A program made the translations under genes and the position numbers. DNA of 64,000 nucleotides, taken from Candidatus Dojkabacteria bacterium (lineage in GTDB: Bacteria > Patescibacteriota > Dojkabacteria > SC72). Each line of letters starts with the position of its first letter. Position 1 is the first letter of the stretch. Below the pieces are notes generated by a model. The model did no database searches. It had not been told where the DNA came from and saw nothing but the letters and a program-made list of their open reading frames with translations. Shown here in pieces: positions 19,791 to 30,271 of the stretch. The stretch spans positions 27,188 to 91,187 of the forward strand of contig JACPFP010000002.1 of assembly GCA_016182915.1 (NCBI GenBank), written 5' to 3'.

Positions 19791-22427
19791 CTAATACTTC
19801 TTCTTCCACTTTGCCAAAATATTTAATGCATCGAGAGGCGTAAGCGCATCCACATCAAGATTTTCAATCTCCTTAACCAACTCACTATCCTGTAACTGAA
19901 ATAATGGAATCTGCAAATCCTCCTTCCGAAGCGGCCTCTCTTCTTTAGCAACTTTAGAAATAACCGACTCACCACGAAGAGTGACCCCATCACTAAATAA
20001 CGATCCCTGTTCAAAACTCTCTAGAATTTCATTTGCTCTAACTATTATCTTTTCTGGAAGCCCAGCCATCTTGGCTACATAGATACCATAACTCCTGTCC
20101 GTTCCCCCTTCTACAATCTTTCTCAGAAATATCACAGTACCCTTTTCAACATCCTCCTCGACAAGCACATTGTAGTTCTTAATCCCTTTTTCAAAATTAT
20201 CGGAAAGCTTAAGAAGTTCGTGATAGTGGGTGGCAAAGAGAGTACGAGCTTCGATCTCATTCGCCAGATACTCGGCCAATGCCCAAGCAATACTAACACC
20301 ATCATAGGTACTGGTTCCTCTTCCGACCTCATCAAGTACTACCAGGCTATACTTAGTCGCATTATTAACAATATTTGCAGCTTCACTCATCTCCACCATG
20401 AAAGTACTTCGGCCGCGAGAAAGATCATCCGATGCCCCAACTCTTGTAAATATTCTATCAACAAGGGAAAGTTCACAACTTTTTGCAGGAACATAGCAAC
20501 CAATCTGAGCAAGAAGACATATGATTGCGACCTGTCTGATATACGTAGACTTACCCGACATGTTAGGTCCAGTCAGGATAATCATACGAGAAGTTTCCAT
20601 ATCCATCTGGGTATCATTCGAGACGAATTCCTCCTCAGATATTGATTCAACAACAGGATGCCTCCCACCCTTAATACGAATTGATCCCTCTGCCTGTCCG
20701 AAATCTGAAAGTATTGGTTTTACATAACTCCTAATATTGGCAAGGTGGGCAAACCCAGAGAGAACATCAAGTTTAGCAATCCCTTTAGAAATATCTTGGA
20801 GAAGTTTGATGTATCCCAGAAGCTCCTCTCTAATACCCTGAAATATCTTATACTCTAGTTCACCTAATCTACTCTCAGCATTTAATATAATAGATTCCTT
20901 CTCTTTAAGTTCCTCTGTAATATATCTTTCATTATTAACAAGAGTTTGTTTACGGATATAATCATCGGGTACTTTATCTTTATGAGTATTTGTTACTTCA
21001 ATATAGTATCCAAAGACTTTGTTAAAACTTATCTTCAAAGATGTAATTCCCGTTCTCGCCCTCTCCTTACTCTCAAACTCCCTTAACCATCCTTTGCTAT
21101 CTCCCGTGATTGATCTAATCTCGTCAACTTCAGGACTATACCCATTGTTTATAATATGACCTTCAGTGACGGATAGGGGAGGGTTCTCAAGAATTGCCTT
21201 CTCTATAATCTCAATCACGTTCTTCACTTTACCCAGACTTTCCGTATTTGCTAGATCCGCAATCAGACCGTTATCACTACCAAAAACTTCCACAAGTTTT
21301 AAGACCGCACGAAGGGAGTATTCAAGGGCCTTCATATCTCTAGCATTAGCTCTATTCATTCCGACCTTCCCAAGGATTCTTTCTATATCGTTAATCTCTC
21401 CAAGGACATCTCTAACCGTTTCTAGTTTTCCATTACTTTTTGTGAAGAAGTCTACGACTTTCAACCTGGCTTCTATATCATTAAGAGTTACAAGAGGATT
21501 AAGCACCCATGAATATAGAAGCCTCCTTCCCATTGTTGTTTTGGTATAGTCAATAACACTCATAAGGGAATCTTTATATCCACCGTCTCGATTATTTTGT
21601 ACGAGTTCGAGATTATGAATGGTTGATCTATCCAAAGTCATAGTATTGTTAATAACAAACTTTTTGGGAATCTCAATATGTTCTGCCTTAACTTTCTGAG
21701 TATCACTAACATATCCAATCAACATGGCGACGGCATTTACAGCAGGGTCTCCAACCTCAAGTCCGAAACCTTCAAGGCCCTTGGTTGAGTAGTATTCGGT
21801 AAGGAGGTTCGCACAGTATTTCTCATTTCCATATCCTTTATCCATCAACTGAACAGGAATATTGTTAAATACCAGGTTGGTATCTCCACTAATTACAAGT
21901 GCCTCTACAGGATCAAATGAGTTTAGTAGCGATTCAAATGTATCTTTCCCTACTTTGGTATTCACATAGAAAAGAGTACCTACAGAGAGGTCTAGGAATG
22001 CGGCTCCCATATCCTTCTTGTTTATATAGAAAGCACCAATGTAGCTATTTTTAACTCTCTCCATACTGTCGCTGTCTAGGGTTCCTGGGGTTACAATTCT
22101 TGTAACCGCTCTTTTTACAATTCCTTTTGCTAATTTAGGATCTTCAATCTGATCAACTATAACCGCACAATATCCTGCATTTATAATCTTTGGAAGATAC
22201 TGTTCAAGAGCATGATGTGGAAAGCCTGCAAGGGGAGTTGGGTCTGTATTACGGTCTCTTGATGTTAGAGTGATATTTAAAATTCTGGAACATAGTTTTG
22301 CATCTTCTCCAAATGTTTCAAAAAAATCTCCCATTCTAAAAAGGAGAAGTTTGTCTGGATACAGCTTCTTAAAACCAAAATATTGTTCCATCATAGGAGT
22401 CATTTGCATAGCGATAGTATACAACAT
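19791..22427 (-). CDS. mutS: DNA mismatch repair protein MutS
   Basis: 878 aa. The N-terminal mismatch-binding TPMMEQY...GDFFETF is present. The Walker A motif GPNMSGKST is present. The ABC signature and C-terminal dimerisation region are present. Confidence 0.95.
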   Translation of the reverse strand: MLYTIAMQMTPMMEQYFGFKKLYPDKLLLFRMGDFFETFGEDAKLCSRILNITLTSRDRNTDPTPLAGFPHHALEQYLPKIINAGYCAVIVDQIEDPKLAKGIVKRAVTRIVTPGTLDSDSMERVKNSYIGAFYINKKDMGAAFLDLSVGTLFYVNTKVGKDTFESLLNSFDPVEALVISGDTNLVFNNIPVQLMDKGYGNEKYCANLLTEYYSTKGLEGFGLEVGDPAVNAVAMLIGYVSDTQKVKAEHIEIPKKFVINNTMTLDRSTIHNLELVQNNRDGGYKDSLMSVIDYTKTTMGRRLLYSWVLNPLVTLNDIEARLKVVDFFTKSNGKLETVRDVLGEINDIERILGKVGMNRANARDMKALEYSLRAVLKLVEVFGSDNGLIADLANTESLGKVKNVIEIIEKAILENPPLSVTEGHIINNGYSPEVDEIRSITGDSKGWLREFESKERARTGITSLKISFNKVFGYYIEVTNTHKDKVPDDYIRKQTLVNNERYITEELKEKESIILNAESRLGELEYKIFQGIREELLGYIKLLQDISKGIAKLDVLSGFAHLANIRSYVKPILSDFGQAEGSIRIKGGRHPVVESISEEEFVSNDTQMDMETSRMIILTGPNMSGKSTYIRQVAIICLLAQIGCYVPAKSCELSLVDRIFTRVGASDDLSRGRSTFMVEMSEAANIVNNATKYSLVVLDEVGRGTSTYDGVSIAWALAEYLANEIEARTLFATHYHELLKLSDNFEKGIKNYNVLVEEDVEKGTVIFLRKIVEGGTDRSYGIYVAKMAGLPEKIIVRANEILESFEQGSLFSDGVTLRGESVISKVAKEERPLRKEDLQIPLFQLQDSELVKEIENLDVDALTPLDALNILAKWKKKY

Positions 22428-22544
22428 ACACCTAGGAAACTTATAGTCATTTTGAGAAATTCCACAGGAGGACGGTATAGGCTAGTACGGCCCAAACGGT
22501 GAGGTTTGGGCCGTAAATAACGCCTAATGTTTAAGTGAAAAATC

Positions 22545-23084
22545 TCAAGGGACGGTTGGGGCAGGGGTTGGAGTGGACATCTCGTAAGAAATACTATTTC
22601 CTATATATGATTCTTTGGAAATAGATTCCTCGTTTAGAAATACCTCTACAGAAACCTCAACCGAAGTATCCCAGCTTGCGTAGAAAGAATCCGCATCCTG
22701 TACAACCGTGATGTGGAGAGAATCCTCCAAAGCTTCACCAAAGGTTGTGCTGAGAGTGTTCTCCCCGATACAGAATGCCTCCAAAGCAACTTCCTCAATC
22801 TGCGTATCCTTCCCATTAGTGATACTCGCAATGAAATCGTGTCTCGAACGTAGACATGTGTATATTGGTTTATCGACTTCTGTCACTATCACAACGGAAA
22901 GCTCAACCCTCGAAGTTGTTTGGCTCCAAATAACGGAGTCTTGGACTTCAGGTGTTTGGGTAGCTGGCACCTCTGTCAGAATTTCTTCCGCAGTTGTCGT
23001 GGGACCTGGAGATCCGCCACTGCAAGCTACCAGTGCGAAAACCAAAAGAGCTGAACAAATTACAAAAAGCACATTCTTTCTCAT
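22545..23084 (-). CDS. hypothetical lipoprotein
   Basis: 179 aa. The signal peptide has a lipobox, LVAC|SGG. Confidence 0.5.
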   Translation of the reverse strand: MRKNVLFVICSALLVFALVACSGGSPGPTTTAEEILTEVPATQTPEVQDSVIWSQTTSRVELSVVIVTEVDKPIYTCLRSRHDFIASITNGKDTQIEEVALEAFCIGENTLSTTFGEALEDSLHITVVQDADSFYASWDTSVEVSVEVFLNEESISKESYIGNSISYEMSTPTPAPTVP

Positions 23085-23414
23085 CCTTACCTCACATTCT
23101 CCATATAGATAGTATGCATTCCTTTTTTCCCACCTTACTCATTTACATGAGCCGTGGAGGTAATGCGCCATTTTGTTTTCACAACGTGGCCTATCTAACA
23201 GGGGTCAAACACTAATCATTGTATTTTAGTATCTAAACCATATTAGATAGTTAATCTATTAGAAAACTTAAGACTTTTCTACCTTATTATTTTTTAATTT
23301 ACAAAGAGCAAACATAAAGAATAATTAATCCTCCTGTGGATTAAGAAGTGTAAAAACTTCTACTATATTATATCATCCTATAGTATCCTTATAAAGGAGA
23401 AATCAGAAAGACTT

Positions 23415-24017
23415 CTACTGTGTAATCTGTGTAGGATCATTGGCTTGAGGGAAGCCGAGTTGACAAGAAGCATCTAAAGATTCAACTCTGTCGAGTAAAA
23501 ACAAAGCATATTCCCCCTCTGTTTCGCCACTATTACTGATATCTGAAATATCAGGAGGATACATAGGAACACTCTTCGACCCACCTTTAGTAGGAATTAA
23601 ATATAACTCCACCATTACTAATTCTTCTCTTGAGCCAGCATGATAGGTGTGAAATGAATGTTTACTTGTGAAGCTAATAGGAATTGAGCCCGTAACAGAG
23701 CTGTTACCTTCCTTATAACTAAATTGAAGTGTCGCATCTACATAATCCTCTGGTGAATTCGAGTAGGAGAGTGTGAACATAACATCGTTAACCATTACAT
23801 TTACCCCTCCACCATAAGGAACTTCATGTCTATACCACCATTGATTTTCGTGACAAAAAAGAGGAATACCCGGAATAAGACCATCACCTTCTTCTGCTGT
23901 CGAAGGTGATTGAAAATTTGGTATATAAGCCTCTGGAATAGGGGCAGTGGAACCACCACAAGCATTGAACACCAAAGAACCTGCTATAGCTCCTAATATT
24001 ATTCCTGTCTTGCCCAT
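23415..24017 (-). CDS. hypothetical lipoprotein
   Basis: 200 aa. The signal peptide has a lipobox, FNAC|GGS. Confidence 0.5.
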   Translation of the reverse strand: MGKTGIILGAIAGSLVFNACGGSTAPIPEAYIPNFQSPSTAEEGDGLIPGIPLFCHENQWWYRHEVPYGGGVNVMVNDVMFTLSYSNSPEDYVDATLQFSYKEGNSSVTGSIPISFTSKHSFHTYHAGSREELVMVELYLIPTKGGSKSVPMYPPDISDISNSGETEGEYALFLLDRVESLDASCQLGFPQANDPTQITQ

Positions 24018-24100
24018 TCCTACTTAAATATAAAATACTATAGGGCGTATTTTAACCTACAAATGGAATATTATCAACCAAAGTGTGAATTTACAAACCT

Positions 24101-26638
24101 CTATTTTCCCCCAAGAAGAATCTTAGTTTCTTGTTGAGAAACTAATTTTTTTGCATCAGCAATACTTTCAGTTACAGATATCCCATATACACCCTTCGAT
24201 ACACAATACTTTATAATATCCGTATTACTATTTGTAACTACAGAAAGCTTAAGCCGATTCTTTCTAGATGTAGCAACAACACTATCTATTACCGTATACA
24301 CACTCCCAACCGCTAAATCATACTTAGTTGTAGAATCTTCATAATCAATACCCTGCATCTGCTTTGCTATTGCTGGAGTATTCAAAATCAGTCCATCAAT
24401 ATCCGTATTTGCAATATCATCAAGGACGATTACTTCAGAAGGATTCTCTATAATTGCATAGATATTAAAGGTTGAAGTTCTTCTCAAACCAGAGGCCGAG
24501 ATACTCTTTTTGATCTCTCTCATCACAGAACCGTTAATAGGGGAGTGGACAGCAAGTGACACATTTCTGTTATGCAATACATTTCTTGTTCTTTTAACAA
24601 TTCTTAAAACAAGATCAAGAAGTTTTGCATTATCTAGGTACCTTGAAGTTCCCATTGTTTTTTCAGGAAGGGAACTCTCTTCGAACTCCTTCCCCTTAAC
24701 AAGGGCTTTGAATGATTTAATTGTATGTTCGCCAATAGAAAGGACGACCTCATTTGGAGAAGCGACCGAAGCTACAGCGTCTATCTTCTTCGCAATTGAG
24801 TCCGCATACTCCTTATACTTTTTGTCAGCGACATATGCTAATGGATGTCTTCCATCCTCAATCATCAACTGATCAAGAGATAGGTACATAACCCCGTCGC
24901 TGTTTACAACCTCATCTAAATTTGAAAGGGAGGTGAATATTTTGGTTGCGGTATGTGGCAAATTTAGATCTCTTTCGTGAACGTAAGCGTTTGTGACATT
25001 ATCAGATACAGGAACTTCCTCAATCACTGGTGCAACAGGCATTTCAACAATATGATTTAGCTTTTCAGTAATTCCATCTGCAACCGCTTGCTGCTCACCC
25101 TTCGCTTTATCCACTAGATATACCGACCCACTATTTCCATCCATCTTTATGATATCTCCGCTTGAGAGCATAGTTGTCCCTACAATACTACCAACAACAG
25201 CAGGAATATTTAATTCTCGACAGACGATAGAGATATCACTGGTGAGACCGCCGGTATCTAGGATAACTCCACCTGCTTTTGAGACAACCTCGTACATCTC
25301 CTTCTCATACCTCTTCATAACAAGAATGACATCCTTAGTTACAGGCACATCCTCACCCGCATACATTTTTACAGTACCTTGCGTAATACCAAAGCTAGAA
25401 CCAATGCCTGAGAACATAAACTGCTCCCCATCAATTGAAATCTTTGCCTTTGGAGGAACGGGGGCAGGGGACATGTCAACCTTAACTTCTTCAACCTTTC
25501 GCACTTTTTCAAATTCCTTCTCCATATATCTACCCGCTTCTTGTACAGCCTGTTTCTCCAACTCAGCACTATCATCAAATCTAGAGATTATCTCTTTGAC
25601 AACCTTGAAAAGGGTATCAGCAACAAAACTTCCATATCCAAACTGTACATTCGAAACAATACTCTGACTTGCGAAGGTATTCTTGGCTTGTAATATCCAA
25701 AGCCTTCCTCCACTTAATACCCACTCAATATCAAGAGCCTCACCCATCTGATCCTCTAATCTCATTCCAACCTTTGATATTTCAACAATATATTTATCTT
25801 CTAATTTCTGTCTATGACTCCATGCAGGGGAGATCTGAATCTTCTCACTTGTATTAACTCCACCCGATTTCAGTGTCCTAACTTTCATCCACTCTTGGGG
25901 AGCAATATGCTTTTCAACAATTGCAAGATCTTTCTTAAGAAGAACATAGGAGTCAGGGGTAATATCACCGTTTGAGATTACATCTCCCAAACCATACACA
26001 GCCTCCACACTCATCCTTGTCTGATCCTGTGTTATTGGGTCAATTGTAAAGACGACACCAGAAACCTCTGGCTGAACCATTTTCTGAACTACAATTGCAA
26101 GTCCAACTTCACTTAAATCTATATTTTCATTTACACAGTATTTAACAACAGAATCTGTAAAGACAGAGGCATATACCTGTTTAATAGATTTAAGGAGATT
26201 CTCAACCCCTCTAACATTCAACTGAGTATCGAAAAGCCCACTGAAGGAAACCTCAGGTCTCTTAGGAAAGGACACAGAGGAGCGAACAGAAACCCAGGCA
26301 TCTGTAAACCCTGAGAGCTTAGTGTAGTTCTTTATAATATCGGTAGTAACGTCCTGTTCTAGATCAAATCTTGAGAACATATTCGCAACATCTCTGTTCT
26401 CTAAGGTCTCTTTCATTGACTCAATCTCTTTCTTCTTCTCTCTAAATACCTTTGATGAGAACTGAAAAAATACCGCAGGGGATATTACGAAGAAATCAGG
26501 AACCGGAGAATCAAAATTATGGAGTTTGAAAAGACTAAGGCCCTTCCTTCCGGAGAGGTTTTCACTCACATCACTTAGGGAAACATCCTCAAAATGAGTT
26601 ACCAGTTTTTCACTCTTCTTTTCTTCTTCGCTATACAT
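24101..26638 (-). CDS. PEP-utilising enzyme (phosphoenolpyruvate synthase-like pyruvate, water dikinase family)
   Basis: 845 aa. It has an N-terminal PPDK_N/ATP-grasp nucleotide-binding domain. The central swivel-domain motif reads GGLTSDISIVCRELNIPAVVG. A C-terminal ~330-aa domain follows. Confidence 0.7.
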   Translation of the reverse strand: MYSEEEKKSEKLVTHFEDVSLSDVSENLSGRKGLSLFKLHNFDSPVPDFFVISPAVFFQFSSKVFREKKKEIESMKETLENRDVANMFSRFDLEQDVTTDIIKNYTKLSGFTDAWVSVRSSVSFPKRPEVSFSGLFDTQLNVRGVENLLKSIKQVYASVFTDSVVKYCVNENIDLSEVGLAIVVQKMVQPEVSGVVFTIDPITQDQTRMSVEAVYGLGDVISNGDITPDSYVLLKKDLAIVEKHIAPQEWMKVRTLKSGGVNTSEKIQISPAWSHRQKLEDKYIVEISKVGMRLEDQMGEALDIEWVLSGGRLWILQAKNTFASQSIVSNVQFGYGSFVADTLFKVVKEIISRFDDSAELEKQAVQEAGRYMEKEFEKVRKVEEVKVDMSPAPVPPKAKISIDGEQFMFSGIGSSFGITQGTVKMYAGEDVPVTKDVILVMKRYEKEMYEVVSKAGGVILDTGGLTSDISIVCRELNIPAVVGSIVGTTMLSSGDIIKMDGNSGSVYLVDKAKGEQQAVADGITEKLNHIVEMPVAPVIEEVPVSDNVTNAYVHERDLNLPHTATKIFTSLSNLDEVVNSDGVMYLSLDQLMIEDGRHPLAYVADKKYKEYADSIAKKIDAVASVASPNEVVLSIGEHTIKSFKALVKGKEFEESSLPEKTMGTSRYLDNAKLLDLVLRIVKRTRNVLHNRNVSLAVHSPINGSVMREIKKSISASGLRRTSTFNIYAIIENPSEVIVLDDIANTDIDGLILNTPAIAKQMQGIDYEDSTTKYDLAVGSVYTVIDSVVATSRKNRLKLSVVTNSNTDIIKYCVSKGVYGISVTESIADAKKLVSQQETKILLGGK

Positions 26639-26659
26639 AATGGGCAGTATAAATATATA

Positions 26660-27838
26660 CTAAACGATACCTTCTGCTTCTATTTTTTGCAAGTCTAAAT
26701 AGAAGTCATAACCTATCTGCAACAGTACTGCAACAGGGACTGAGAGCAATGCTCCAAGAGGCCCTGCAAGAGTAAAGCCGGAGACAACAGCCACTATAAT
26801 CAATATCGGTTTAAGACCAACAGCTTTAGACATAACTTTAGGAACAATAAGGGTGTTTTCCAACTGCTGTATCAACGCATAACCAACCGCAACAAATACT
26901 GCACTAAGTGGGGAACCTGCAAGAAAAGCTACAAATATAGTTGGAATTGCAGATAACATTGGTCCTAAATTTGGGATTGCCTCAAACAACCCGGCCAGAA
27001 CTGCAAGTGGAAGAGCGAATGGAACGTGAAGTACCGTTAAGAGTACCCATGACATAGCCCCAATAATCAAACTGAGACTTGCCTGTCCTAGTAACCAGCT
27101 TCCTAACTTCTCTTCAACATCGAGGATTAACTTTCTGACTCTGTTTCTCTTTTTGGCGTTAAATATCCTAAGCATAATGACATCTACGAAATTATCATGA
27201 TCAAAGACAATGTATATAGACATAAGGAAAGATGTAATAAGGGAGAACACCCCACCCGCAAGACTTACGAGAGTACCCAATGCTGTCCTTACACTATCTA
27301 CTCCAAACTGCGTAGAGACATTCTCTGTAATCCAACTCACAATATCATTGGAGACATTCGAAAGAACACTCCTGTTTATCTCAAAACCAAAAGCATTGAA
27401 CTTCTGAAGTGCACTCTCAAACTTTAATATGAATCCGGGGATATCGGCAAGAAGTTTCTGAGTTTCTGCAACGACAGGGATAAAGACAAGAAGAATCATA
27501 AGTACAATGAGGAGAATACCAAAAAGGTACACAAGGGTAATAGATAGTCCCTTACTCACTCCTTTATTCATTAACCACCTTACGGAAGGGAGGGCGGAAG
27601 CGGAAAGAATAAATGCCAAGAAGAGAAGAACAATTACATCCAGAAGCTTTGATCCAAAATAAATAGCAGCACCAACAAGAAGAATCATAAGTACAGTCCT
27701 AAATGAGATGTCTACGGTAATAGTCTTCTTATGCATAGTTGCATAGTTATGAGAATTATCGTGACCATTTTCAACCTCTTTCACGTCTAGACTCTTTCCG
27801 GAAATTTTGGCGGAGAACTCTTTTGCCATAGTTTTCAA
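26660..27838 (-). CDS. AI-2E/PerM family membrane transporter-like protein
   Basis: 392 aa with about 8 TM helices. The topology and length are typical of the UPF0118 family. Confidence 0.45.
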   Translation of the reverse strand: MKTMAKEFSAKISGKSLDVKEVENGHDNSHNYATMHKKTITVDISFRTVLMILLVGAAIYFGSKLLDVIVLLFLAFILSASALPSVRWLMNKGVSKGLSITLVYLFGILLIVLMILLVFIPVVAETQKLLADIPGFILKFESALQKFNAFGFEINRSVLSNVSNDIVSWITENVSTQFGVDSVRTALGTLVSLAGGVFSLITSFLMSIYIVFDHDNFVDVIMLRIFNAKKRNRVRKLILDVEEKLGSWLLGQASLSLIIGAMSWVLLTVLHVPFALPLAVLAGLFEAIPNLGPMLSAIPTIFVAFLAGSPLSAVFVAVGYALIQQLENTLIVPKVMSKAVGLKPILIIVAVVSGFTLAGPLGALLSVPVAVLLQIGYDFYLDLQKIEAEGIV

Positions 27839-27848
27839 GGGTATAAAA

Positions 27849-28520
27849 TTACACCTCTATTTTGCCCTTTTCTTCAGCTTTAGTCAAACTACTTGTATTG
27901 AACATCTTCAATGTTATTAACCCAGCCCCAACTCCAAAAAGGATACCGGTTATAATCCTTTTTGAGATACTATTTACAAACGACATTGGGACAGAGGTTA
28001 TAGTGAGAACCTCAACAACCGATTGGGCAATTCCATCAATTACCATAGGGAGAGTTAGGAGGAAGGCAAAAAGGTAGAGTTTTTTCACTGAAATTACCTT
28101 CGTGACTGCGCTTCTTCTCATCAAGGCAAAAATGAGCAAGGTAACGGCATAGGCGCCGTAAAGAGCAATATCCCTAATGCATAAAGGGACTTTATATCCA
28201 ACAACATCATTTCCTACATAGTCATGCCCGAAATATTCAGGCCACTGATCACTCTCTGAAGTGGGGGGAAGATAGTTCTGATCTTTTAACTCCTTCACAC
28301 TGTAGAAACGAATAGGGGAGTCTTCTGAAAAAAGAAAAATTGATCTCTCAACTCTCTGATGACAGAAGTTCTCATATATCTGATTTATACTCCAACCGAT
28401 ATTTTCCATACCAGTTACATAGGCAAAGGGAGCCAGAAAAGGAATTAGGACATATAACCATACTATAATTGAGAGGATAAATAAGGGATTCTTTAAAATT
28501 CTTGGAACTTGTTTCATCAA
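27849..28520 (-). CDS. membrane protein, DUF2085-like
   Basis: 223 aa with multiple TM helices. The conserved CHQRVERSIF motif is typical of the DUF2085 family. Confidence 0.45.
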   Translation of the reverse strand: MMKQVPRILKNPLFILSIIVWLYVLIPFLAPFAYVTGMENIGWSINQIYENFCHQRVERSIFLFSEDSPIRFYSVKELKDQNYLPPTSESDQWPEYFGHDYVGNDVVGYKVPLCIRDIALYGAYAVTLLIFALMRRSAVTKVISVKKLYLFAFLLTLPMVIDGIAQSVVEVLTITSVPMSFVNSISKRIITGILFGVGAGLITLKMFNTSSLTKAEEKGKIEV

Positions 28521-28563
28521 TATAATATACTTAAAAGATACTGATTATTATGCCACTAAAATA

Positions 28564-29271
28564 ATGTTAAAGTCACTCTTAAAATTCTTCTTCTCACACG
28601 ATTCATCTGACTCATCCTTTTATACTGTATATCAGAATATAATTAAATGGAGAAACTCGAAAGTATATCCTAATGACTACGATCTTCCCCAGTCAATATC
28701 TCTCCCATATGAATTCTGGGAGAGAGTGAAAGGATTACATAAGAATACGAGGGCTGATAAACTGGAAAGATCTGTATCAGTATATTGGGTTGATGGAGAG
28801 TTAATTATCTCTACTGTCACAACAGGAACAACCTCATTTGTGAAATCGAATTCTCAGATTAGGGTATCGTATAATCCAAAGAACAGTGAGTACTATAATA
28901 AAGAGGTAATTGTTGATGGGAAAAGATATTCAAGAAGAGAGGTGTACTTCAAAAAAGTTCCCAAACAGATAGAATTACAGTACCTATTTAATATGCACAC
29001 CCATCCTCCACATGAATATAATGAGAAAACATACTACGGATTTTTCTCAGCACAGGATATAAGGTCATTAATTGCGAGTGGTGCTATTGTAACAGGATTA
29101 ATTACAGATCATTTATACCTGCTATTCAGGACAAATAAAGTAGACAGTAATGTCAATGGACTTGAAGATAAAGATTTGAAAGAATCTACTATTACTCAGC
29201 AGTATAATTATGCTCTATATAAGGGAATTCACGGTAAGAAACTATATAGAGTATCTTCTGACCTTAGCTAG
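28564..29271 (+). CDS. hypothetical protein (possible degenerate JAMM/MPN-like motif)
   Basis: 235 aa. It contains HTHPPHEYNEKTYYGFFSAQD, an HxH...SxxD arrangement with non-canonical spacing. No other recognisable features. Confidence 0.5.
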   Translation: MLKSLLKFFFSHDSSDSSFYTVYQNIIKWRNSKVYPNDYDLPQSISLPYEFWERVKGLHKNTRADKLERSVSVYWVDGELIISTVTTGTTSFVKSNSQIRVSYNPKNSEYYNKEVIVDGKRYSRREVYFKKVPKQIELQYLFNMHTHPPHEYNEKTYYGFFSAQDIRSLIASGAIVTGLITDHLYLLFRTNKVDSNVNGLEDKDLKESTITQQYNYALYKGIHGKKLYRVSSDLS

Positions 29272-30171
29272 AACTAATAGACTGTTAATAGCAAGAACTA
29301 TAAGTGCTATTACTCCAAAGGAACCCATCACTTTATTTCCCTGTAGGAATGCGAGAGCAGCTTCAAGCTCACCTGCAGACTCAGGTAGTTCTGGATCTAC
29401 TGAAGCACCGTTTCCATTTATTGACCCTGTTATTCTTGTAGCTATTAACGGATTCTCAGCTTTAACACTGTTTCCTGCGTCGTCTCTAATTTCAACCTCA
29501 TAATTGTTACTTCCAACTGTTAGAGGGAGGGTAGTACTAAACTTCCCGTTCTTATCTACCTTAGCTGTATACTTAGACCCAGCACTTGAAAAAACAACTG
29601 TTGAAAGAGGCTCTGCCTCACCTGAAACCTTTAGAGTATTAACATCTACTTCTTTCTGATATTTTAAAACCACAGTCTTTGAAGGAGCAGTCCAATCTAC
29701 ATTGATAGCCATTATTGGAGACCTCTCACTTCTCTTTCTAACAGGAAAACCTGATATTGAAGCCGCCTGAATTCTGTATAAACCTTCCTTCTCAACAGGA
29801 TACTCATATTTGAAATTTCCGTTATCAACCCATACAGCATTCTCAACTTCTTTATCGTTTACATATACAGCAACTCTCTTTATATCTTTATTCACACTTC
29901 CTCTAATTGTTAGAGCATGCGCACTTGTTGAACTTGGAAGTACCGTGAGAACGGGGGTATTAATTGATTTATCAAGTTTTGGTTCAACTCTGTAGAGAAG
30001 AAGAGCCACAATTCCGACTACAACCAACATAATCCCGAGAAAAATCATTACCATACCAGCAAATACTGACCAAAGAGATCTCTCTTCTACCTCAACTACA
30101 AGTTTATCGCTCATGTTTGAATTAACCTCTTTCATCTTATTCTTTTTCATTTTTCTAGGTGCCATTTTCAT
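29242..30171 (-). CDS. membrane-anchored surface protein with Ig-like repeats; candidate sortase substrate
   Basis: 309 aa with an N-terminal signal anchor and beta-rich repeats. The C-terminus is LPESAG + spacer + hydrophobic helix + KVRRYSI tail. It is divergently adjacent to a sortase gene. Confidence 0.5.
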   Translation of the reverse strand: MKMAPRKMKKNKMKEVNSNMSDKLVVEVEERSLWSVFAGMVMIFLGIMLVVVGIVALLLYRVEPKLDKSINTPVLTVLPSSTSAHALTIRGSVNKDIKRVAVYVNDKEVENAVWVDNGNFKYEYPVEKEGLYRIQAASISGFPVRKRSERSPIMAINVDWTAPSKTVVLKYQKEVDVNTLKVSGEAEPLSTVVFSSAGSKYTAKVDKNGKFSTTLPLTVGSNNYEVEIRDDAGNSVKAENPLIATRITGSINGNGASVDPELPESAGELEAALAFLQGNKVMGSFGVIALIVLAINSLLVLAKVRRYSI

Positions 30172-30271
30172 ACACTAAAATGTTATTATCAATATGATAT
30201 TATAAACCCCATAGAAAATCAAATGTGAGTTTGATATAATGCGTACTATCAATATAAATATTCAGTAGTCT

